NCBI GenBank assembly: GCA_963780535.1
Contig: CAWACS010000025.1
Span: forward strand, 2,396 to 66,395
DNA length: 64,000 nucleotides
Reading direction: 5' to 3'
Origin: an uncultured Verrucomicrobiae bacterium
GTDB lineage: Bacteria; Verrucomicrobiota; Verrucomicrobiia; Limisphaerales; UBA11358
A program made the position numbers and the translations under genes. Positions 36,157 to 45,205 of this stretch are shown in pieces. How positions within the stretch are numbered: the stretch's first letter is position 1; the number at the start of each line of letters is the position of its first letter. The notes beneath the pieces were generated by a model. It made no database searches, was not told the DNA's origin, and was given only the letters and a program-made list of their open reading frames with translations.

Positions 36157-38700
36157 TCATTCGCGGACCGTCGCGCCGAGATTCTGTTTGAACTGCGCCA
36201 CGAGTTTTTCATGCGCCACGTTCACCTCGGCGTCGGTCAAGGTCTTTTCCGGCGAGCGATAGGTAAAGGTGTAGGCCATGCTCTTCTGCCCTTGCGGCAC
36301 GTTCTGGCCGCGGAACACATCGAACAACTCGATTGCCTCCAGGTTGGCCGGTTTCGCCTGTTTCACAACTTGCAGCACGGCGTCGTGGGTCGTTGCCTCC
36401 GGCACGAGCATGGCCACGTCGCGACGGATCGTCGGGAACTGCGGCAACGGCTTGAACGATTTGGCCGGGTTCCGCCGCGCCAGCAGCAAATCGAGATTCA
36501 GTTCCGCCAGCCACACGGCGTCGCGCAAATCGTATCGCTTCGCAAGCGCCGGGGTGAGCTGGCCGAATTCGCCCAGCATCTGCTTGCCCAGCTGAATCAT
36601 GGCCGATTCAAGGAACCATTCCGACGGATCGGAACGCCGGTTGAAGGTCATTCCGCGCAAACCGAATTGGTCAAAAAACTCCTCCAGCACCCCCTTCAAA
36701 TCATGGGCGTCAAACTTTGCATCGCGGCCCTCACCGCTCCAGAATGGTGGCTGGCGCCGGCCCGTCAACGCGATCGCCACCCGGCGTTCCTCACGTGACT
36801 TTCCGTTCCCCTGCGCAAATACCCGCCCGATCTCAAACAACGCCACGTCGTAATTTTTGCGACTAAGGTTGTGCTGCACCGAATGAATCAATCCAGGCAG
36901 CAGGCTCGGCCGGAGGACATCCATGTCCGAACTCAACGGATTCGCCAGGGCTACAATTTCCACACTCGACACTCGACACTCGACACTCGACACCAGAGTT
37001 TGTCCCTGCGCCTCATTCAATCCCAGCCCGCTCAGGATCCGCCGCGCTTCGGCTATCTGGTCATGGACCGAATCGAACGCATTGGCGCCGATCGCGCCGC
37101 GTGGCGGGGTGGCGGGAATTTTTTCGACACCGTGCAACCGGGCAACCTCCTCAATCAGATCCACCTCGCGTTTGAGGTCCACCCGGAATGTCGGAATTTG
37201 AATTGTGATCGGCTCCGGCGGACCGCCCGATCCGACCGGACGCGCCTTGCGATTCACGGCCTTCAAACCGAGCTGACCGAGGTAAAACTCACATTCCTCC
37301 GGTTTGAGCTGGATGCCCAGCAGTTCATTCACCTTGTGATGTCGGAGGGTAATTTGCTTTGGCTCAACCGGTTTTGGATAAACGTCCACAACGCCGTCGA
37401 CCGGCTGGCCGCCGGCCGTTTCCAGAATCAACTGCGCGCAACGCTGGCTGGCCCAGTCGCAGATGCCGATGTCCGCGCCGCGCTCGAACCGGTAGCTGGA
37501 CTCGCTGCGCAGACCGAGCGCCTTGCTTGTGCGCCGGATGTTGGTCGGTGAGAAATAGGCGCTCTCGATAAGCACATCCGTGGTCTGCCCGTTGATTTCC
37601 GTGTTCTGACCGCCCATGACGCCGGCCAATGCGATGCCCTTTTGCCCGTCGGCGATCAACAGCATTTCGTTCGTGAGCGTGCGTTCGAGGTTATCGAGCG
37701 TCTTGAATTTTTCGCCGGCAGCGGCCCGGCGAACGATGATCGTAGGACGGGCATCCTGCCTGTCTCCATCTTTTTCGTTTGAAGTTTGAGACCGGCGCGA
37801 CGCCTGTCCTACGAGATGATAATCAAACGCGTGCAACGGCTGGCCGGTTTCCAGCATGACGTAATTGGTCACGTCCACGATATTGTTGATGCTCCGAAAT
37901 CCCACTTTCTCCAGCGTCGAGCGCAGCCAGTCGGGGCTGGGCCCAACCTTCACGCCCTTGACGACGCGCGCCGTGTAACGCGGGCAAAGTTCGGCGTCTT
38001 CGATGCGCACGGATACGAGGTCTTCACAGCGCAGGTCAGGTGTCGCGCCTGACTCTAATTTGTTTTTTCCAGTTTGAGACAGGCGGGACGCCTGGCCTGC
38101 GGTAACGTCGGGCATCTTCAGTTTGTTGCCCGTCACCGCCGCGATTTCGCGGGCGATGACGATGACGCTGTTCCAGTCCGGCCGGTTGGGCGTGATTTCC
38201 AAATCGTAAATCACGTCACCACCCGCGCGGCCAAGATATTCGGCAAACGGTTTTCCGATGGGAGCGTCCTGGGGGAGAATCAGCAGCCCGTCCACGTTAT
38301 CGGGCAGGCCGAGTTCCTGCGGCGAACACATCATGCCCTGGCTGGTGATGCCGAAAACCTTCCGTTCCTTGATGACGAACGGTTCTTTTTCACCGGGTTT
38401 CAGCGGCAGCGCGAAGTTCGGCAGGATGAGCGGGACTTTGTCGCCGACATTGTGGTTCTGCGCGCCACAGATGATCATGCGCTCGCCCTTGCCATCGTTG
38501 ACCTTGCAGACCGTCAGCTTGTCCGAGCCGGGCACCTTGTCCTTGGTGAGGATTTGGGCGATGACGATGCCTTCAAACTCGCCGCCCAATTTATGGACAC
38601 CCTCGGCTTCGAGACCGAGCATGGTGAGCCGTTCGGTCAATTCCTCGGGAGACCAGTCGAAATCAACGTATTGTCTGAGCCAGTTGAACGTGACTTTCAT
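36157..38700 (-). CDS. pheT: phenylalanine--tRNA ligase beta subunit
   Basis: [16 protein letters not shown] start, tRNA-binding, B3/4, B5 and FDX-ACB regions recognisable ([28 protein letters not shown]). The ORF extends to 38883, but its N-terminal 61 aa look non-coding. Confidence 0.9.
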   Translation of the reverse strand: MKVTFNWLRQYVDFDWSPEELTERLTMLGLEAEGVHKLGGEFEGIVIAQILTKDKVPGSDKLTVCKVNDGKGERMIICGAQNHNVGDKVPLILPNFALPLKPGEKEPFVIKERKVFGITSQGMMCSPQELGLPDNVDGLLILPQDAPIGKPFAEYLGRAGGDVIYDLEITPNRPDWNSVIVIAREIAAVTGNKLKMPDVTAGQASRLSQTGKNKLESGATPDLRCEDLVSVRIEDAELCPRYTARVVKGVKVGPSPDWLRSTLEKVGFRSINNIVDVTNYVMLETGQPLHAFDYHLVGQASRRSQTSNEKDGDRQDARPTIIVRRAAAGEKFKTLDNLERTLTNEMLLIADGQKGIALAGVMGGQNTEINGQTTDVLIESAYFSPTNIRRTSKALGLRSESSYRFERGADIGICDWASQRCAQLILETAGGQPVDGVVDVYPKPVEPKQITLRHHKVNELLGIQLKPEECEFYLGQLGLKAVNRKARPVGSGGPPEPITIQIPTFRVDLKREVDLIEEVARLHGVEKIPATPPRGAIGANAFDSVHDQIAEARRILSGLGLNEAQGQTLVSSVECRVSSVEIVALANPLSSDMDVLRPSLLPGLIHSVQHNLSRKNYDVALFEIGRVFAQGNGKSREERRVAIALTGRRQPPFWSGEGRDAKFDAHDLKGVLEEFFDQFGLRGMTFNRRSDPSEWFLESAMIQLGKQMLGEFGQLTPALAKRYDLRDAVWLAELNLDLLLARRNPAKSFKPLPQFPTIRRDVAMLVPEATTHDAVLQVVKQAKPANLEAIELFDVFRGQNVPQGQKSMAYTFTYRSPEKTLTDAEVNVAHEKLVAQFKQNLGATVRE
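36962..36994. repeat. 33-nt heptamer array (ACACTCG x4.7) in frame in pheT
   Basis: Four full units plus a 5-nt partial unit, read directly. Translated on the minus strand as [12 protein letters not shown]. Confidence 0.85.
37742..37812. repeat. GTAG-type double-hairpin element, short form, in frame in pheT
   Basis: GTAGGACGGGCATCCTGCCTGTCTC - 21 nt - GAGACCGGCGCGACGCCTGTCCTAC. Translated as [24 protein letters not shown]. Confidence 0.85.
38031..38100. repeat. GTAG-type double-hairpin element, degenerate short form, in frame in pheT
   Basis: GCAGGTCAGGTGTCGCGCCTGACTC - 20 nt - GAGACAGGCGGGACGCCTGGCCTGC. The left arm is 21/25 to the consensus. Translated as [22 protein letters not shown]. 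Confidence 0.75.
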
Positions 38701-38888
38701 CGGGACGGCCACGTTAAACAGGTTGCCCCGGCCAGTCAATGCCCTGAGTTCCGGCCAAAACCGGCAACCGGTTCGGCGCCTGGATTTCGCAATCCGGTCG
38801 GATGAACTCGCTGGAATTATCCGGGAAATCTGCGATATTGGTTGCGCCGTTTTGTCCTGATGTATTTTGAGATGTCGCACCAAGTCGT

Positions 38889-39518
38889 ATGAAGTTGGAA
38901 GGAGTCATAAAATTTCACGTCGAGCATGAGACGGAGGCTGGCTGCGGGGAATCGGAAATCGTGGAATTGACGAAATGGAGAAAAGAACTGCGGACGGCAG
39001 GTCTGGTCGGACAGGATTTGGCCCGATACGGAGGTTTGGGGTTCGGCAATTTGTCAAAACGGCTGGACGACGGAACTTTTTTGATCACCGCCAGCCAGAC
39101 CGGCCATTGGGAGACATTAACCCCGGACGGATACGCCCGAATCACGGACTTCGACCCCGGCCAGAACCTCGTCCGGTCAAAAGGAATGAATCATCCCTCT
39201 TCGGAAACAATGACGCATCTTGCCGCCTACGGTTCAAATCCGCGCGTCCAATTTGTGTTTCACGCCCACAGTCCGGAAATCTGGAACGCCAGGGATGACC
39301 TGGACCTTCCCGTCACCGACCCGGGCATTGAATGTGGCACCGTGGAGATGTTTTACGAGGTGCAGCGGCTGCTCCAAAACCGCGACAATTACTTGAAAGG
39401 CATTCTGGCGATGGGCGGCCACACGGACGGAATCCTGGCTTGGGGAGAATCCGCGAATGCAGCGGGCATCAGTCTCCTGTTTCTCCTGTCCCGGGCCACC
39501 CGCGCCATTCCACGGTGA
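38889..39518 (+). CDS. class II aldolase/adducin-domain-like protein
   Basis: [22 protein letters not shown]...[13 protein letters not shown]...VFHAHS fits the GN(I/L)S..R, PSSE..H, H.H pattern of class II aldolase folds. Confidence 0.6.
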   Translation: MKLEGVIKFHVEHETEAGCGESEIVELTKWRKELRTAGLVGQDLARYGGLGFGNLSKRLDDGTFLITASQTGHWETLTPDGYARITDFDPGQNLVRSKGMNHPSSETMTHLAAYGSNPRVQFVFHAHSPEIWNARDDLDLPVTDPGIECGTVEMFYEVQRLLQNRDNYLKGILAMGGHTDGILAWGESANAAGISLLFLLSRATRAIPR

Positions 39519-39565
39519 CCAGCCGTAACCGACGTATCGCTAGAGCCAGTTGAAGGCACTTTCAT
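39506..39565 (-). pseudogene. decayed duplicate of the first ~60 nt of pheT
   Basis: The reverse complement atgaaagtgccttcaactggctctagcgatacgtcggttacggctggtcaccgtggaatg aligns with the pheT start atgaaagtcacgttcaactggctcagacaatacgttgatttcgactggtctcccgaggaa. 45/60 identical with one 1-nt gap, by hand. Confidence 0.65.
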
Positions 39566-39575
39566 TTCGTTCGGA

Positions 39576-40238
39576 TTACGCCTCTTTTTTTGCGAGCCAG
39601 AATTCTTTCACCTTCTCGAACTTCCCGATGCGTTTGTTAATTTTGACAATTTCACGCGGGTAAAATTGGAGAACATTGTCACAAAATTCCAACATCCAGG
39701 AGCGGCGCGTTTTTGTGGAATCAATTTCAATATGCTTGGAGTTCGCAATTTGAATCTGCCCCGCACCCAGCGCGCCAAGTGTCAGACAGCTCCATTTCAA
39801 ATGCTCGATTGGAACAAAGTGAACTTTGCTCACATTCACTTTCGTGCCAGTGACGCTATATTTCACCATCAACATGACAAAGAAATTGGTGTCATCTTCG
39901 TAAAAGCGCGCCAACCGATCCACCGAAGTCAGGTTTGGCATGTTGAACGCCGTTTCTTCGCGGTGAGTCTTCACGTCCACAACGTAATAATTCGCGAGTT
40001 TGTCTTTGAATGCTAAATCAGCCATCGCACGTCTTGCAAAACTGGCTGAATACTCGCCACCATGCTCGCCGAGCATTTCTTCAAAATTGTCCTCAATGAT
40101 AGATTGCACGGCGTCGCCAGCCGCACGGGTGCTTTCAGCAGTGTCAGCGGAGAGAAAATCGGCCCGCTCATTTAGCAAACGCAGAACTTTCTTCTCGATT
40201 GTTTTGTATGCGCCCGAAGTAAAGATGGGGGATTTCAT
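39576..40238 (-). CDS. putative type II restriction endonuclease (PD-(D/E)XK)
   Basis: 220 aa. Overlaps the upstream methyltransferase gene by 4 nt. Low GC. Candidate catalytic pattern ...MADLAF...YYVVDVKTH (D...D-x-K). No named enzyme recognised. Confidence 0.5.
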   Translation of the reverse strand: MKSPIFTSGAYKTIEKKVLRLLNERADFLSADTAESTRAAGDAVQSIIEDNFEEMLGEHGGEYSASFARRAMADLAFKDKLANYYVVDVKTHREETAFNMPNLTSVDRLARFYEDDTNFFVMLMVKYSVTGTKVNVSKVHFVPIEHLKWSCLTLGALGAGQIQIANSKHIEIDSTKTRRSWMLEFCDNVLQFYPREIVKINKRIGKFEKVKEFWLAKKEA

Positions 40239-41263
40239 TTCCTTTGCTTCGCGTGGACCTTGTACGGGGCAGAACTTTCAAATAAAGCCGGTTGAAGCGA
40301 TAAATCTGTTTTCCCTTCTCGCGTTTGCATATTCAAAGTATTTCGCTCCCAAAAAACGCCGCCCGAATATCCTTGAATGCTTTTGTCGAACTCCGCCAAT
40401 TCGATACGCTTGGCGGCCCAACAAGCATAAGTCTCATTCAACTCGATGCCCAAAAAGCGCCGCCCGAGTTTTTTAGCCACTACTGGGACAGTTCCTGATC
40501 CAAGAAACGGGTCAAAAACAAAATCACCTTCGCGCGAACTGGCAAGGATCAATTTGGCAACCAGTTTTTCCGGCTTTTGCGTCGGATGGTCGGTGTTTTC
40601 CGGCATTGACCAAAACGGCACGGTCAAATCCGTCCAAAGATTCGATGGATGCGTTAGTCGAAAGTCGCCCTCATGCGTTTCTTCCCAATCTTTTGGGGAA
40701 CCGTTTTCTTTGTAAGGCGCGATGACCTTGCGTTTGAGTTTTACAGTCTCAACGTCGAAATAAAAATCGTCTGACACCGTGCAAAACCAGATGTCTTCAC
40801 TCGCGTTTTTCCAATTTGCCTTTGCACCGCGTCCTTTTTCGCGCTCCCAGGTTATCCGATTTCGAACAATGACGTGGCGTTCCAACACACGATGCAATGC
40901 CGCCGAGGATTTCCAGTCGCCACAAACGTAAATTGTCGCAGTGCGCCTGAGCACGGGAAGCATTTTTAGAAACCAACTTTCAAACCAACTTTCATATTCC
41001 GCCAGCGTCATTTCTTGAAAAGTCTCAGTGCCAAATTTTTTCGTCAGGTTGTAGGGTGGATCGAGGATTAATAAATCAACAAAATCTTTGGGCAATTCGG
41101 AACAAACCGCAAAAGTGTCACCATGGATGACCTGATTGGATAATTTGTGCGCGTCCGCCGGCACTGGTGAACGTAAAAGTTGACTTGCATAGGAAACCGC
41201 TTCTAACTCCGATAATTCCAATGTGCGATTGCGAGGCGCTCGTTGTTTTGTGGTCATATGCAT
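40235..41263 (-). CDS. beta-class N6-adenine/N4-cytosine DNA methyltransferase
   Basis: Motif IV LILDPPYNL precedes motif I FVFDPFLGSGT. HPTQKPEKL is typical of the PF01555 family. Sample lines give 42-43% G+C. Confidence 0.85.
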   Translation of the reverse strand: MHMTTKQRAPRNRTLELSELEAVSYASQLLRSPVPADAHKLSNQVIHGDTFAVCSELPKDFVDLLILDPPYNLTKKFGTETFQEMTLAEYESWFESWFLKMLPVLRRTATIYVCGDWKSSAALHRVLERHVIVRNRITWEREKGRGAKANWKNASEDIWFCTVSDDFYFDVETVKLKRKVIAPYKENGSPKDWEETHEGDFRLTHPSNLWTDLTVPFWSMPENTDHPTQKPEKLVAKLILASSREGDFVFDPFLGSGTVPVVAKKLGRRFLGIELNETYACWAAKRIELAEFDKSIQGYSGGVFWERNTLNMQTREGKTDLSLQPALFESSAPYKVHAKQRK

Positions 41264-41341
41264 TGATGAAACTAAATCACTTCTTCGCCGTTTCCGCGAG
41301 TCATTTCATAAACACGTTTCTCTTTGGTCTGCCTCCACCAA

Positions 41342-42403
41342 TTAAAACTGTTTCAAAAACCGCACGTCGTTTTCGTAAAAGAGGCGGATGTCATTGATGC
41401 CGTAGCGAATCATGGCGATGCGCTCGATCCCGAAGCCAAAGGCCCAGCCGGTCCAGATTTCCGGGTCGTAACCGACGTTCTCGAACACCTGCGGATGCAC
41501 CATGCCGCAGCCGGCAATTTCCAGCCATTCCTTGCCCAGTTTTTTCACCAGCGCATTGCTGAAATCAATCTCGAAGCTCGGCTCGGTGTAGCTGAAGTAA
41601 TGCGGGCGGAACCGGATTTTGGTCTCTTCGCCGAGCAGTTCCTTGAAGACAAATTCGACCGTGCCCTTGAGGTCGCCCACGGTGACGTTTTTGTCCACGT
41701 AAAGCCCTTCGATCTGCTGAAAGGTCGGGTTGTGCGTGGCGTCGGCATTATCACGGCGGTAAACGCGACCGGGAACGATGATGCGAATCGGCGGCGGCTG
41801 TTTCTCCATGACGCGGATTTGCACGGAACTGGTGTGGGTTCGAAGCAGTAGGGCAGGCGTCGCGCCTGCCTCTGACTTTTTGTCTTCTGAAGTTTGAGAC
41901 AGGCGCGACGCCTGTCCTACGCCGAGATAGAACGTATCCTGGCTATCGCGAGCTGGATGGTCGGCGGGCGTGTTCAGCGCGTCGAAGCAGTAATACTCGT
42001 CCTCAATTTCCGGGCCGTCAGCGACGACAAAACCGATTTTGCGGAAGCTGCGAACGATGTCCTCGGTGACCTGCGTCAGCGGATGGAGTTTGCCGAGCGC
42101 GCGGCGGCGTCCGGGCGCGCTGAAATCGGTTGGCTCCTTCGGCAACGCGGCTGCCAGCTCCAGTTCATCGCGACGTTCAGCCAGCGCGGCTTCAAGCCCG
42201 GCCTTGGCGGCGTTGATGAGCTTGCCCGCGGCAGGCTTTTCCTCCTTCGACAGCGTGCCGAGCTGTTTCATCAGCGCGGTAAATTTGCCATGCGGCCCAA
42301 TCCACGCGCCCTTGGTTTGTTCGAGCGCGGCGAGATCCGGCGCGGCTTTCAACTCAGCCAGCGCGGCTTGCTTGAGGGGTTCAATGTCATCCAGCAAGGA
42401 CAT
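41342..42403 (-). CDS. pheS: phenylalanine--tRNA ligase alpha subunit
   Basis: HPLTQV, HPARDSQDTFY, LLRTHTSSVQIR, FRPHYFSYTEPS, GCGMVHP and FGFGIERIAM class II aaRS motifs. Confidence 0.9.
   Translation of the reverse strand: MSLLDDIEPLKQAALAELKAAPDLAALEQTKGAWIGPHGKFTALMKQLGTLSKEEKPAAGKLINAAKAGLEAALAERRDELELAAALPKEPTDFSAPGRRRALGKLHPLTQVTEDIVRSFRKIGFVVADGPEIEDEYYCFDALNTPADHPARDSQDTFYLGVGQASRLSQTSEDKKSEAGATPALLLRTHTSSVQIRVMEKQPPPIRIIVPGRVYRRDNADATHNPTFQQIEGLYVDKNVTVGDLKGTVEFVFKELLGEETKIRFRPHYFSYTEPSFEIDFSNALVKKLGKEWLEIAGCGMVHPQVFENVGYDPEIWTGWAFGFGIERIAMIRYGINDIRLFYENDVRFLKQF
41848..41920. repeat. GTAG-type double-hairpin element, short form, in frame in pheS
   Basis: GTAGGGCAGGCGTCGCGCCTGCCTC - 23 nt - GAGACAGGCGCGACGCCTGTCCTAC. 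Translated as [23 protein letters not shown], between DTFYL and LLRTHTS. Confidence 0.85.
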
Positions 42404-42542
42404 GCCTGGATGTTAGCCGCAAAAAGGCGCAAAAGTCACAAAAGAAATTTGGGGAACAGGTTTGTGCGGCTGGACCTTTCGATGGCCATTAAAAAGGGCG
42501 GCCATCGCTGGCCACCCGGTCGAAACTGGAAATTGCGAACGG

Positions 42543-42926
42543 CTACGCCTTCGCCAAAGTCGCGGCGGGCTTGCTCTTCAGTGCGGCCTTGGCGACGTTC
42601 ACCAACTCGGCAAAGGCGGCGCTGTCCTGCGCCGCGATGTCCGCAAGCACCTTGCGGTCAAGCGCGCATTGGGCCGCCTTGAGTCCTTCCATGAACCGGC
42701 TGTAGGTGAGACCGGCGGCGCGGGCGGCGGCGTTGATGCGGATCTGCCAGAGATAGCGGAACGTGCGCTTCTTGACGCGGCGATCGCGATAGGCGTACTG
42801 GCGGCCATGGTCCACCGCGTCGGACGCGTAGCGGTAAAGTTTCGAGCGGCGCATCCGGAAGCCTTTGGCGGCGCGGATCATCCGGGTGCGGCGTTTGCGG
42901 GAGGCGGGAGCGTTGGTAACTCGCAT
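42543..42926 (-). CDS. rplT: 50S ribosomal protein L20
   Basis: MRVTNAPASRKRRTRMIRAAKGFRMRRSKLYR...YAYRDRRVKKR..LWI.RINAA, a canonical L20 sequence. Confidence 0.9.
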   Translation of the reverse strand: MRVTNAPASRKRRTRMIRAAKGFRMRRSKLYRYASDAVDHGRQYAYRDRRVKKRTFRYLWQIRINAAARAAGLTYSRFMEGLKAAQCALDRKVLADIAAQDSAAFAELVNVAKAALKSKPAATLAKA

Positions 42927-42967
42927 AAAATCTCGGGGCTGGGTTCCGGCGTCTTGGGTCTGGGGTG

Positions 42968-43177
42968 TTAACGGCTGAAGGGCAGATTTTGCGTGATACG
43001 ATAAGCGTCGGTGGCATCCACACCGGTCAAACCGCGCAATGAACGGCGGCGTTTGGGATTTTTGGATTGCGCCAGATGGCGCCGGCCCGCGCTGGAGCGC
43101 ATAACCTTTCCACCGGCCGTAATCTTGAAACGCTTGGCCACGGACTTTCTGGTCTTAATGCCTTTGGGTCGTCGCAT
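42968..43177 (-). CDS. rpmI: 50S ribosomal protein L35
   Basis: 69 aa. KTRKSVAKRFKITAGGKVMRSSAGRRHL matches L35. Confidence 0.9.
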   Translation of the reverse strand: MRRPKGIKTRKSVAKRFKITAGGKVMRSSAGRRHLAQSKNPKRRRSLRGLTGVDATDAYRITQNLPFSR

Positions 43178-43300
43178 AAAATCTTTATTGCAAAAGAGCG
43201 CAGACTATACGTGCTGCTGGTGGTGGTGGCAAGCGATTTTTGAGAACAAATTGAGCCGGGTTGCTTGCCAGAGGAGGAAGCGTCACTTATTTTCGCCGCA

Positions 43301-44482
43301 ATGAAATATCGTCGTTTTGGACGGACGGAACTGGCCATGCCGGTGTTTTCCTGCGGCGGCATGCGGTATCAATTCAAATGGGAGGACGTGGAACCCGGGG
43401 CCGTCCCGCGCGAAAGCCAGGCAAACCTTGAAGCGATCATTCACCGCGCCCTGGAACTCGGCATCAACCATATCGAAACCGCGCGCGGTTATGGCACCTC
43501 GGAAATGCAACTCGGCAACGTGCTGCCCAAATTGCCGCGCGACAAGATTATCGTCCAAACTAAGGTCAAACCCTGCGCCACGCAGAAGGAATTTCTCGAG
43601 ATTTTTGAGACCTCGATGAAATACCTGAAGCTGGACCACGTGGATTTTTTGTCGTTGCACGGCATCAACAACCGCGAGTTGCTGAACTGGTCGCTCCGGA
43701 AAAACGGTTCCCTGGCCGCCGCCCGGCAATTGCAAAAGGAGGGCCGCGCCCGGTTCATCGGTTTTTCCACGCACGCGACCACGGACGTCATCCTGGAAGC
43801 CGTCAACAGCAGCGAGTTCGATTACCTGAACGTCCACTGGTATTTTGTAAATGATTTGAACTGGCCGGCGGTGGCGGCGGCGCAACGGCAGGACATGGGG
43901 GTATTCATCATCAGCCCGAACGACAAGGGTGGGAAACTGTACGAGCCGCCCCCAAAGCTGGCCGGGCTGTGTGCGCCGCTGACCCCGATGCAATTCAACG
44001 ACCTTTACTGCCTGGCGCGGAAGGAAGTCCACACGCTCAGTTGCGGGGCGGCCAGACCGGCGGATTTCGATGAGCACAACCGGGCGCTGGACTTTTATGG
44101 TAAAATCCCAGAAACGATTGGGCCGATCGAAAAGCGGCTGCGCGCGGAAATGGAACGTGTGCTCGGCGCGGACTGGTGTGCGCGGTGGTTCGAGGGATTG
44201 CCCAATTTCGGGGATGTTCCTGGTGAGATCAACGTCTCGGAAATTTTACGGCTTTGGACGTATGCGAAATCGCTCGATCTGGTGGCGTGGGGGAAGATGC
44301 GCTACAACCTGCTGGGCCAGGCGGACCATTGGTTTCCGGGCCAGAATGCGGCAAAGCTCGGGGAGTTGGACCTGCAAAACGCAATTCCTCACAGCCCGTT
44401 TGCCGGACGGATTCCGGAAATTCTGGAGGACGCCCACCGGATGCTGTTCGAGAAACCGGTGAAACGGCTCAGCGCCGGCTGA
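43301..44482 (+). CDS. aldo/keto reductase
   Basis: [21 protein letters not shown]..., [25 protein letters not shown] at 43301 within ORF 43265..44482. Confidence 0.8.
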   Translation: MKYRRFGRTELAMPVFSCGGMRYQFKWEDVEPGAVPRESQANLEAIIHRALELGINHIETARGYGTSEMQLGNVLPKLPRDKIIVQTKVKPCATQKEFLEIFETSMKYLKLDHVDFLSLHGINNRELLNWSLRKNGSLAAARQLQKEGRARFIGFSTHATTDVILEAVNSSEFDYLNVHWYFVNDLNWPAVAAAQRQDMGVFIISPNDKGGKLYEPPPKLAGLCAPLTPMQFNDLYCLARKEVHTLSCGAARPADFDEHNRALDFYGKIPETIGPIEKRLRAEMERVLGADWCARWFEGLPNFGDVPGEINVSEILRLWTYAKSLDLVAWGKMRYNLLGQADHWFPGQNAAKLGELDLQNAIPHSPFAGRIPEILEDAHRMLFEKPVKRLSAG

Positions 44483-44492
44483 ACCTCTTCAA

Positions 44493-45128
44493 CTACGGAT
44501 TATTGGTGCTGATCGTCAGCGGCGGCACGACCGAGGCGGCCGGGGTCAGGTCAATGGGGGCGCCCGCGTTGAGCTGGGCCAGGACCGCGGCGGTCAAATC
44601 GTTTAGACCGTCATCGTACAACAGAACCGGCGTTTGATTAAGTGATTGTGCCGCGAGGTCCATGACCATGGTGTAGCCGGCGGCTTTGGCCTTGGTCGTC
44701 ACGACCGTGGTGATTTCCTGGATGATATCGGTGCGCATCCGCTGGGTTTGCGCCGCCAGGGTGGCTTGCGCCTGGCGTTCAAATTGCACGACGGCCGTTT
44801 GCGAATTTTGAATCTCGGTGTACTTGTCGGCCGCGGCCTGTTTGCGCTTGTCGCGTTCATCGGCGGAAATGGCCTGGTCATTGGCGGAATCCAGTAACTT
44901 TTGATAGGCGTCCCGATCCTTCTGCAAATTATCCAGAAAGCCGCGGTCCTCCTTGTCGAGCTCGGCCTTGCGGTCATTGAGCGCGGTCTCGGCCTGCTTG
45001 GTCTTCCAGTAACCGTCAAACAGCTTGCGCATGTCCACCGTGGCGATTTTCTGCTGCGCCAGGGCCGAACCGCTCAAAAAAGTCATCAATAAAACCGCCG
45101 GCAAAATGATTCGCAAAATGTTTCTCAT
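44493..45128 (-). CDS. skp: OmpH/Skp family periplasmic chaperone
   Basis: Signal peptide MRNILRIILPAVLLMTFLSGSALAQQ, then KIATVDMRKLF and a long coiled Lys/Gln/Asp-rich region. RBS-less ATG at 45128. Confidence 0.8.
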   Translation of the reverse strand: MRNILRIILPAVLLMTFLSGSALAQQKIATVDMRKLFDGYWKTKQAETALNDRKAELDKEDRGFLDNLQKDRDAYQKLLDSANDQAISADERDKRKQAAADKYTEIQNSQTAVVQFERQAQATLAAQTQRMRTDIIQEITTVVTTKAKAAGYTMVMDLAAQSLNQTPVLLYDDGLNDLTAAVLAQLNAGAPIDLTPAASVVPPLTISTNNP

Positions 45129-45205
45129 GGGAATAGGAAAACAGAATTTCCCAGGGACGCCAACTGAAAACTGGCGGGTTCCAACCCCGGCCCGGCAAAT
45201 CGTGG

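Noticed and set aside
36962-36994. Heptamer arrays as phase-variation switches
   Set aside because: The host genes (pheT, hemW, der) are essential or housekeeping, so on/off switching is implausible. The arrays are reported as tolerated in-frame insertions instead.
39225-39250. GGTTCAAATCC, a tRNA T-arm-like string
   Set aside because: The flanking bases do not form a T-stem or an acceptor stem, and it lies inside the aldolase-like ORF.
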